A stretch of DNA of 64,000 bases from the human T2T-CHM13v2.0 reference genome, Homo sapiens. Below are positions 52,746 to 64,000 of the stretch, in pieces. Both the position numbers and the translations under genes were made by a program. The notes beneath the pieces were generated by a model. The model was not told the origin of the DNA. It ran no database searches and was given only the letters and a program-made list of their open reading frames with translations. Location of the stretch: NCBI RefSeq assembly GCF_009914755.1, contig NC_060931.1, one strand, 5' to 3'. Positions within the stretch are counted from its first letter, which is position 1. The number at the start of each line of letters is the position of its first letter.

Positions 52746-53319
52746 CCCGGGCAATAAAGCAATTCTCAATGTTCACTGTTTACAAAAGTTTTAGGAGAAA
52801 GAATGAACCATAAGACAAACAGGTCTTCAGTTCGATGGCACAAAGCCTCTTTGCTTTTTTCCTATTTCTTCAAACTGTTTATTTTCTTTCTATGATTTTC
52901 TTCCTTCATCTACCTGTCAAAGAGTATTGTTCCTCAAGGATTCATTCCCATAGGTAGGTATTATCTTTCTTTTCTGTATGCTCTACCTTATAACCTCCCT
53001 CTCCCCATCATTTTACATATGCTCTTGCTGACTTCCATAATCTTATCCCTAGGCTTACTCTCCCTGAGTTTCAAACCTTTATCATTATTTACAGAATGTT
53101 TCCAGTTGAATATTCCATGGTAACTACTTCTTCAGCATTTCTCAAATGCATGTATACTCTCTCCAAACTCTTTCCTACAATGTGTTGCAATTTTCAGTAA
53201 TGACACCGTGCCGTGCAAGCCAAAACATTTGGAAGCCATCTAGAATTCTCTCTCTGTCTCACTCCTCTCACCTTGACCCCAAGGTTAGGAGCAACTTAAA
53301 TTAGTAATCAGTTGCTTAC

Positions 53320-53480
53320 TTCAAAGTCTGCTTACACCACTTACCTAGTTGTATGACCTTGGATAGGGCACGTAGCCTTCTATACCTCTGTCTTATAAGG
53401 TTAGGATGATTAACTGGATAATGCATGTTCAGTATTTAGTGCACTGCCTGGCATTTACTAAGTGCTCAATAATTTGTTAT
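53320..53480 (+). mobile_element. MIR SINE within L2 relics
   Basis: ccacttacctagttgtatgaccttgg...ctgcctggca...gtgctcaataa. Confidence 0.7.
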
Positions 53481-54727
53481 TGCTCAGCTCCATGCATTCA
53501 CACATGTTGTTTCTTCTGCCTAGAGTGCCCTTTCCAGGATTTTATTATGATTTAGATGTCAGGCTGATTGTAGAGAGCAGAGACAGCTGGAATGCTGTCT
53601 TTGCTGATAGATGGTCTTCTGGTTGTAACAAGTGTCCTTTGAATTATGAGCAATAAATCTCCTCTAATTTAATTTAAGGTACAGGTGATTTGGATTGTTG
53701 CTTTTACTTCTGAAGGGGAAATTGAATGCATTTAGTTTGGTGTGGAGGTAAGGGGTCACATACCAAAAACATGATCTAACCCCTAACAGTGATTCTCTAG
53801 GACTTGAAAAATTTGTCTATGAGTTTATAGAATGAAAAAATAAAAGATACCATAAAGAAAAGTTTGTCTTACCCACATTCAAACTTTCAACACCTAAAAG
53901 AGTTCCTGGACCATAGCAGCAAGTCTTCAGTATTTATAGAGGAAAAGAAAGAAGAAAAGAACTAAAGCAGAAGAAAGACAGAAAGATGGAAGCAAGGACA
54001 TGAAAAAGAATGACATACATAGGTAGGAAAAGATATTTCTGAATGTAGTCAGCTACTACTAATATAGAAATGCAGTTACATAATAAAAATGTAGGCATGT
54101 TGATTGTTATTAGTAAACTGTATGTGGGCCCTGAAGTGTCTCCACTATAATCGTGGGAACACCCACACCACCATGTCCTTTGTGGTGGGTAGCTGATTCT
54201 GTCACCGCTAGAAAAGTTCTCCTTTGGTACCTGAAATGGCTAATACTCCCTCTTCATTTTCTCTTCCGTTTCATTGCTTTCGTCTAGTTACATTTTGAAG
54301 ATGGCTGAAACTTTCACTGTCTTTGGGGTTTGCAATAGGTAGTTGAGGTCTCTCGTCTATCATCATCCTTATTTACCTGCATACTGATGTTGACTTGGTT
54401 TTTATCACCATAGAGTAATTTTAGCCACATCTGTGCTTCAATAGTTACCATCCCTGAGAGTGGAGAGGAATCTCTACCAACATGGTTTATAATATTTTAT
54501 CCAGCCTTGAAATTCAGTGATTTCACTGTCTTTTCCTTATAATGTTCCTAGTGATGCAAACATTTTCATTCACACATTCTCCAAATTTGATAATTCTCTT
54601 TTATAAGTTATAAAGGAGGCTGAGTTGTAGCCAAGCAGGTAGTGCTATTTTTGGTCAAGGATGATATGCTATAATAAAGCTTATAGAAATTATAAACATC
54701 TCTAGGGTCAGTTTCTAAATGGGAGCT

Positions 54728-54815
54728 TCATACACACACACATACACACATATGTATATATGTGTATGCACACATATATGAATGCATATCTATACATATG
54801 CACATATATGTATAT
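54728..54815. repeat. (CA)/(TA) low-complexity repeat
   Basis: Directly visible. Confidence 0.8.
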
Positions 54816-56800
54816 TTAAAAGTAATGGCAGTAATTGCTTTGCCTTAAGCCATGTGGAAGGGGGAGGAAAAGCTTAAGCAGGGCTGAGTGTTGTTACTAT
54901 GGGTGAGTCTCAGCAAGTCCAGCCGACCTTTGATCTCAAACAAAAACTAGACAATGGGTGTATGCATTTGAGAAATCATTATTGCTGAAGTTAAGGGATT
55001 AAAACATTTGAGAGTAGAGGTGGGTGAAATAGTGGGTGGGAGGAGGCTACTGCAAACTACTGAAGACAGGGAGAAACCCTGGGTAGAGAATGTTCCGAAG
55101 AGAGGACAGAAGCCCAAAAGCCCTCTTTAAATGGCCTGAGACCCTTTGTTCCAAAAGAAGAGCTAGCTCAGGTGCAAGGGGTCCCTTTGTTATCTTTGGT
55201 CGGATTCCTTAATACCAGATGTTAAATCATTCTTCTGTTGGGCTTAAGGTAGGATGAGAATTTAATAGGGAATATCATGTTTTCTCAATGCTTGATAAAG
55301 ATTATCACCCTGGGGTACACATGTTTAATTTTCCCTCAGACCATATTATTGGGTTTCATATCTTTTCCTAACTTGGATTAAAATCTGGGTGGTGAATCTT
55401 GTAGGACTGGGGTTTATTATAATGATTTTTCCAAGCTCGCTAAGTGAAAGGGCAACATAGTAGCTAAAATTCAGTCTGATTTTTTCTAGTCAAACCTTGT
55501 TGACTTTTGTATACTAAATACAAGATTAGGATTTTACAATGAAGCAAATAAAGCTCAGTTCTGCTATCAAATAGAATTCCCTTTTTCCTTTGGCTTCCTG
55601 AAGGCTCTTAAAATCTAAGTATATTCATTTACCTGACTGTCACAGGATTTGGAATTACCTATTTCCACTAAAAAATTAGGCCTCTATTTTTCCCCAAATT
55701 CATTTTGCAAGCAGAGAGATAAACCGTGTCTAATAAGCCAAAATGTTTCAGAAAGGAGGTGTGGGGTCTTTCAAAAGTTAATTAAGATAAAACAGGATAC
55801 AAACAAGTAAACAACTAAACTAAAATATATTTAACTATTTAAAGCACTGAATAAAATAAACTAGCTTTATCTGAGGGATGTAAAGAGACTTTATGAAGAA
55901 GGGAATATTGGAGTTACATATGAAAATACAAAACAAATGTTCTAAAGAAAGAGGAGGAGAGGAGATGATGTCCTACCTAAAAGCAACAGCATATGCAAAG
56001 ACAGTAAGTTAGGGGGGAAATGTGGTATATTTGAGAGACTTGGTTTGGTTGGAACATCAGGTATATTGTAGAGTGACAGAAAGTGAAGTTGGAGTAGAAT
56101 GCTATAAGTACCTGTGGGCTATGCCATAGTTCCCAAAATTATTATACCATCAAGTAAAAAGGAGGGAAACTAACTTCAGAATCTATTTGGTAGAAGAATG
56201 TTGTCATTATATTTGTTTTACAGAACTATGACACCAAAGTCTCTGAAATAGGAAGTATACCAGTGTTTAAATTTTGGCATTTCATGGAATTGTCTCTTTT
56301 GTTGACACAGTTGACAGTAATTCTTAAATACAGCTGGGTGGTGAACTCTGGGGAGTTGGCCAGACAGAAAGATTTATTTAGTTTTCTCAAATTACATCAA
56401 CAAGTCAGGCTTCAGGATCCTGATTGTGACCTAAAATGACTGGGCTGATATTCTAAGACAAGAAGAATGGATGAAGGGTGAGAAATTCATTACAAATAAT
56501 ATTTAGAGGTAGATTAAATAAGCTCATTTGTGTAATATGATTCATGTTGGTGTTTTTGAAACCAAATCAACTGAGAAAGAAAATAAGCTGATGCTGAGAG
56601 CACTAAGAACAGCCTTTAGATTCCAAGAAGCAATTTCATCAATGAATGTCATGTGAACTTTAGAGCAACTAACTGAATATGTCTGGAACCAATTAACATG
56701 TACCTATTGAAAACATATTATGTATTCAATATTTTGCTAGAACATATATGTAGATCACTACTATAGAATGTTGTGCAGATAGAAAATAGAAAGAAAAAAA

Positions 56801-58198
<1,398 letters not shown>

Positions 58199-59235
58199 TT
58201 CTTTTTTTTTTTTTTTTTTTTAAAGGAAAAAGAATTGTAAATTATAACCAAGTCAAACTTTGGAATTAATAAAGTGAAAATTTTTCCCCAATTCTTCACT
58301 TGGTATCCATTATGCCATTTAAAAACCTTAGGTAGTAATATAAATGTAAAAGGCCTTGGATAATAACAGAAAGGTAATAAATACAATTTCATTCCAGAAA
58401 ATGAGTAAAGTTTATATGTAACTTGGTTCTGTGAAATAATGGACATATCTCAAATCTTTTACAACCACTTATGAAAGATTTTTTTCCATTGATCTTGCAG
58501 AGAACAAATTTTAAGTTAGTAAAAATTGTGGTGCTTTTCTCTTGCCCAAGTTAACTATTGCAAGGTTTCAAGTACAACACTAGTCTAATATTCCAACTTC
58601 CTAACGTGGGAAAACGGTACTGGTTAGTTTGGTAAATGTTATACTTATCCTTTATATATTTTCTAATTCTTTGGATTTTACATCTTTCTAGAAACAGCTA
58701 AACATAATTTGATAAAATGTCTCTAGTTCCTCAGGGAAAGGTTCTATTCTTGAGCAAAGTAAAATCTTGACTTGAATGTCTTATTAGGAAAGGAAATAGT
58801 ATTTTCATGTAGCTTGTTTTATATTTCAGATTCTGTTCTAAATTCATTTCCTTTGCTACATACACACATTTGCACTCTTGACCAATAATCTCAAAGAACT
58901 GAGGAATTCTATGGCCTATGTTTTAGTAAGTTGCCTTGTAACTCCCCTTTCAAAAGTAACTCCCCTTCCAAGTTTGTAATAACTGACTTTACTTTTCTCT
59001 GCTTTTGCTTCCCTTGTCTGTGTTTATTTACTTTTTACTTTTAGAATTAGTTATGCCACCTAAATCAGATGTTCTTTACCATGATTACTGCAAGCTCAGA
59101 ATATCCCTAAGAGGTGAGATACAGTGGAATAAGCCCTAAATTTCTAGAAAATTCTTTAACATTGAGGGTGACTTTTTTTTTCACAGATAGTGGATTATAA
59201 AAGTTAAAAAGTCACAAATTGATTGATTAACCAAC

Positions 59236-59569
59236 TGTATCTGAATATTTGTATTCTCCCCAAATGTATATGTTGAAATTCTAACCCCAAGGTGGAGGTA
59301 TTAAGAAGTGAGGCCTTTGGGATGTGATTAGATAATAAGGGCAAAGCCTCAGGAATGGGAGTAGTGCCTTTACAAAAAAGGCTTCCAGGAACTTGTTCGC
59401 CCCTTCCACCATGTGAGGAGGCAATAAGAAGATGCCATCTATGAGTCTGGAAATTGTCCCTCACCAGACACTAAACCTGTCAGCATCTTGATCTTGAACT
59501 TCCCACCCTCCAGAATTAAGTTACCCAGCCTCTGCTATTTTGTTACAGTAGCTCTAAGGGAATAAGGCA
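59236..59569 (+). mobile_element. MLT1A-type MaLR LTR
   Basis: atgttgaaattctaacccc...gcatcttgatcttgaacttccc...ttttgttacagtagc. Confidence 0.75.
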
Positions 59570-59639
59570 GTATCTAAATTTTAAATTATAAAAAATTATG
59601 TGTGTATATATATATATATATTTTGTTATAATTGTTTTT

Positions 59640-59960
59640 GCTTAACTTTTATTTTAGGTTCGGGGGTACATGTGAAGGTTTGTTCCATAGGTAAACTCAT
59701 TTCATGGGAGTTTATTGCACAGATTATTTCATTATCCAGGTATTAAGCCCAGTACCCAATAGTTATCTTTTCTGTTCCTCTCTCTCCTCCAACCCTCCAC
59801 TCCTAAATGCTCATCAATGACAGAGTAGATAAAGAAAATGTAGTACATATACACCAGGGAATACTATGAGGCCATAAAAAAGAGCAAGATCATGTCTTTT
59901 ACGGGAACACAGATGGAGATGGAGGATATTATCCTTAGCAAACTAATGCAGCAAACCAAA
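59640..59960 (-). mobile_element. Short L1PA13-type 3' end with inverted 5' piece (~59801-59960 on + strand)
   Basis: Antisense 3'UTR, then sense ORF2 end (gataaagaaaatg...ccttagcaaactaa). Confidence 0.75.
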
Positions 59961-60276
59961 AATTATATTTCTAATTTAAAAATGAATAAAGATCATCTTT
60001 TATAATGGATTATCATATTGTTTCTTAAAAACTTCCAATGATATTCTTAAACTGCAAGTTTAGCACTTCTGTGCATTTCAATAAACATTAAATTGAACAG
60101 CTACTATGTTCCAGGGAATATAAAATTGCTAGGAGCTGCCCTTGACCCTATACAGTTCATAAGACACAACAAATATGAAAATGTAGGATTACTATATTCT
60201 GTGAAAAATGACAAAACAGGTATGTACAAAGTATAGTGTGACTTCAAGGAGAAAGCAATGAACTCAGCTGAGTTGG

Positions 60277-60844
60277 TGTGATGGTTAATGCTGAGTGTCA
60301 ACTTGATTGGATTCAAGGATACAAAGTATTGATCCTGGATGTGTCTGTGAGGGTGTTGCCAAAGGAGATTAACATTTGAGTAGGTGGGCTGGGAAAGGCA
60401 GACCCACCCTTAATCTGGGTGGGCACAATCTAATCAGCTGCCAGTAAATATAAGCAGGCAGAAAAATGTGAAAAGAGAGATTGGCTTAGCCTTCCAGCCT
60501 ACATCTTTCTCCCATGCTGGATGCTTCCTGCCCTTGAACATTGGACTCCAAGTTCTTCAGTTTTGAAACCAGACTTTCCTTGCTCCTCAGCCTGCAGAAG
60601 GCCTATTGTGGGACCTTGTGTTCGTGTGAGTTAATACTTAATAAACTCCCCTTTATATATATATATCATTCATATATATATCATTCATATATATATATAT
60701 CATTCATATATATATCATTCATATATATATATCATTCATATATATATATATCATTCATATATATATATATATTCCACTTCATATATCCATCATATATATA
60801 TGATATGACTAATTCTGTCCCTCTGGTGAACCCTGACTAATACA
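60277..60844 (+). mobile_element. MLT2A (ERVL) solo LTR
   Basis: tgtgatggttaat...gtgtcaacttgattgg...ccctgactaataca; perfect TSD gttgg. Confidence 0.92.
60654..60800. repeat. [(TA)n TCATTCA]6 compound repeat in MLT2A
   Basis: Six tcattca units separated by variable (TA)n. Confidence 0.9.
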
Positions 60845-61094
60845 GTTGGGCAGGGGCTGGCAAAGATTCCCAGAAAGAGAGATAGTTAAGCTGAATCCCC
60901 AAGAAGAGAAATACAGTTTGGGGGTGGAGATCAAGAGAAAGCATCTGAAGCAGAGGGAACAGCTGTTTTGGAGCATGGAGGCAAGAAGCAATGTAGTGAC
61001 TTGACTGGAGTGCACAGTGTTCAGGACAAGATTACATCATGTGAAAAGCCTTCTATATTGGACTAAGCATTTTGAATATTAGCTAGAAGAAAAT

Positions 61095-61510
61095 TGATAT
61101 GGTTTGGCTCTGTGTCCCTGTCCAAATCTCATGTTGAATTATAATCCCCAATGTTGGAGGTGGGGCCTGATGGGAGGTGATTGGAGCATGGGAGCACATG
61201 TCTCATGAATGTTTTAGCACAATCCCCTTGGTGCTGTTCTCATGATAGTAAGTGCATTCTCCTGAAATCTGGCTGTTTAAAAGTGTGTTGCACTTTTGCC
61301 TCTCTTGCTCCTCCTCCAGCCATGCACAGTGCTATTTCCCCCTTTGCCTTCTGCCGTGATTGTAAGTTTCCTGAGGCCTCCTCAGAAGCTGAGCAGATAC
61401 CACTATGCTTCCCATACAGCCTGCAGAACTGTGAGCCAATTAAAGCTCTTTTCTTTATAAAGTACCCAGTCTGGTATTTCTTTATGGCAATGCAAGAATA
61501 GCCTAATGCA
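61095..61510 (+). mobile_element. MSTA solo LTR
   Basis: tgatatggtttggctctgtgtcc...cagcctgcagaactgtgagccaattaaa...gcctaatgca. Confidence 0.85.
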
Positions 61511-61794
61511 ACAGTGAAGAGTAACTCCTAGAGCATCAGTTCCTTTCCTATCATTCTGTTTTGTCTGTCTAAAGACTCTGTTTATTCTTTCCATGTTTGT
61601 ATTTAATGTCAGTGTCAACTAATTTGACTTGCTGTTATGTTCCATGGTGCATAACAAGTTAGCACTTAATTAGCAGTAATGATTTTAGTTGTGTTTCTGT
61701 CTGTACTAGGTGGATCTAAGTATTTTATAAGTAGACAAAGGACATTTTTTTAAAAAAGGAAATGACAATTAAAAAGTGCAATATGCATTATGCA

Positions 61795-61945
61795 AAGTCT
61801 ATTTCTTAAACTTCCCAGATCAGTATCACCTGGAACACTGATAAAGATTCCATGCTCCTACCCTCCCAATAAGAATCTCTGAGGGAGAAGCCTGCTACAT
61901 GTGTATTCAAGGTGACATGAATGCCTGGGAAAGCTTGGGAAATAT
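61795..61945. mobile_element. MER5-family relic
   Basis: tcacctgga...gattccatgctcctaccc...agcttgggaaa. Confidence 0.45.
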
Positions 61946-63719
61946 CACTTATTCCAAGTATATTTCTTCACAGAAAGCCCAGAAAATTTAAGCATTTTGT
62001 TTGCAGATTGAGCTAATGCTAATAAAAGTTCAAATTACTCACAAAGCCTCAGCAGTTATGGTGAATTATTGGTGGTTTACTTGCCCCTTCAAATGAACTG
62101 TAAACTTTTTAAGGACAGAGGATGTATCACTATTAGAGTCTCAGCTCCTAACACAGATAAAGGATTCAATAAACATTTAATAACATATGAACAAACAACA
62201 TTGTGACCATTCTCATTTTTAAAAATGGCTCTTCCTGTGTGCATTTCTAGGTGTTCAACTACAAAGAACAAATGTAATTTAGTGAATTATTAATAAGACT
62301 AAAAATTCAATTAATTAGACTTACTTTGGAATGAATGGTGTATTTTTAAATTATTAGTAAAGTCAACAAAATACTTTTTCATTTCAAATATATATTTGTC
62401 AAATATCATAAAGTATAATGTTTGTGTGAAATAATTTGATCTGTCTTTTGTGCCCTGGAGTAACTAACAATGGTTTTTCATTTCACATATATTGCATTTC
62501 ACAGAAGGAACACACGATCAATCAAATTGACACCTGAAATTAAAGGCATTGGAATTGATTTCCTTAATAAATACTATTCTTCATTAGGAAGGAACTCCTG
62601 ATTCATGAATTTTCTCATATGTACAGAAATATATTGTTAGAGAAAATAGAGGAGTGAAAACAGAGAAGACAGAGGAGTGAAAACAACTGGACAAATACTT
62701 AAAAAAGTGTCTCAGTATGGCAAAAAATATTTTTTTAACAATTGACATTTAAAGGACAAAATGTAGCAGGGGCCATATTTTTCATTAACTTGATAATGTC
62801 AAAGAGACGGCTCAGTTTCCTACAAGTTAAAGCAGAAGATCATGTTAATGAGATAATTTTATTTCCTTGGAAACTATCAGAATAGCGGGTAGAAAATACA
62901 GAAGTCATTTATAAAATATTACTTTTCAAATATAGAAAAAATGAATTTTGCTATTTTCAAAACATACTTTGTTTTAAGCCATAGCTGGAGGAGTAGGTAG
63001 AGAAAATGCCCTGGAGAAAACTTTCTGCATTATCTCCACCTGAATAGAGCTTTATATCAGGAGGTTACTATTTGCTCCCGCTATAATAATTTCAGAGGAT
63101 ACTACTCATGATGGAGAAAGCAGAGGGCCCACGGTGTGAATCTCTTCTGGTGATTTAATCACAGTCATTAAAGAAAGCAGGATTATGAACACTGCCAGCC
63201 ACCAGCTGCAAATACAATATCTGAAATTTATTTTTGCAAATATACTGGCAATTTTATAGCAGTTTGAATGAATACTAGGGAGAGCCTATTCAGTTGGTAC
63301 ATTTACTGAATTAGGCATTGAGTTCCAGAGAGTGCAATTGCTGCTAGAGTTCTATTTTAACATTCTCTTGAAAAGATACATATAAATAAAATTATATTTT
63401 AAGCACCCTAGAGAGTATTTACACACATAGGAAAAACCTACTCTAAGTCCCTTTACAAAATAAAATTTTACTGAATGACCTCTAGGTATAAATTTTTTTC
63501 AAATTCCTATGAATTTATAATTATTTCAAAATAAAAAGTTGTATAATAATTTACTCTCTAAAGTATCATATAGCTGGGCTTTCGTAATTTTTTTTTTGTT
63601 TTATTTTGTTTTACAGAAGAGTACACTTGTTTTATCTCTTCATGGTTTCATCTTTTTTTTTCTTTTTTTAAGAAGAAGAGTACACTTGTTCACCATAGGT
63701 AGTATGGTGACCAGCTTTT

Positions 63720-63895
63720 CACTCATTCAATAAATATTTATTGTGTGGATATAGATAATAATATGGCAAGGAGTGGGGGACTGCTTTTACATAAGGTCAT
63801 CAGAGGAGGAGGGTCTCTCTGAGAAGGTGGCGTGAGCAGAAACGTGAAGGAAGTAGGGGAGAAAATTATGTGGATATCTGGGGAAGGAGCCTGAC
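63720..63895 (-). mobile_element. L2 3' fragment
   Basis: tcattcaataaatatttattg...ctctctgagaaggtg...tggatatctggggaag. Confidence 0.6.
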
Positions 63896-64000
63896 AATAT
63901 ATCTCAATATACTAATTAAGAATCATCATTATTGTAACATACGTTTTTATATAAGAGAGATGGATTATGCATAATCCTTGATGCATAGTTCACATGTGAG

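Noticed and set aside
54120-54420. Mildly GC/CpG-enriched unique segment as an exon or pseudogene
   Set aside because: No sustained ORF, splice pair or recognisable homology
58938-58971. gtaactcccctt tandem duplication (also agaggagtgaaaaca twice near 62648-62685)
   Set aside because: Ordinary small slippage duplications

Overview
Primate (human or close ape) genomic DNA: AT-rich, no CpG island, dominated by interspersed repeats. I recognise no host protein-coding exon, RNA gene or CRISPR-like structure, and every long ORF in the track is a LINE-1 ORF1/ORF2 remnant or a repeat artefact. The window holds two dead full-length L1PA elements in inverted, head-to-head orientation (minus strand ~3185-9296; plus strand 35695-41838 with a perfect 15-bp TSD), a decayed near-full-length L1PA16-type element, several truncated L1s (three with twin-priming 5' inversions), about 14 Alus or Alu fragments, MaLR/ERVL solo LTRs, hAT DNA transposons, MIR/L2 relics and STRs. 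The main observation is that the two inverted L1s have different subfamily ends yet share about 9 non-consensus substitutions inside near-identical 170-190 bp tracts. That is the signature of repeated ectopic gene conversion, possibly with inversion toggling of the 26.4-kb interval between them. Other points of interest are an open, extended antisense ORF0 in the second L1, a 227-bp gap-free local duplication, a possible L1 3' transduction, and several fold-back or tailless insertion scars. Subfamily calls rest on recalled consensus sequences, not a search. I found no evidence of a wholly new gene system.
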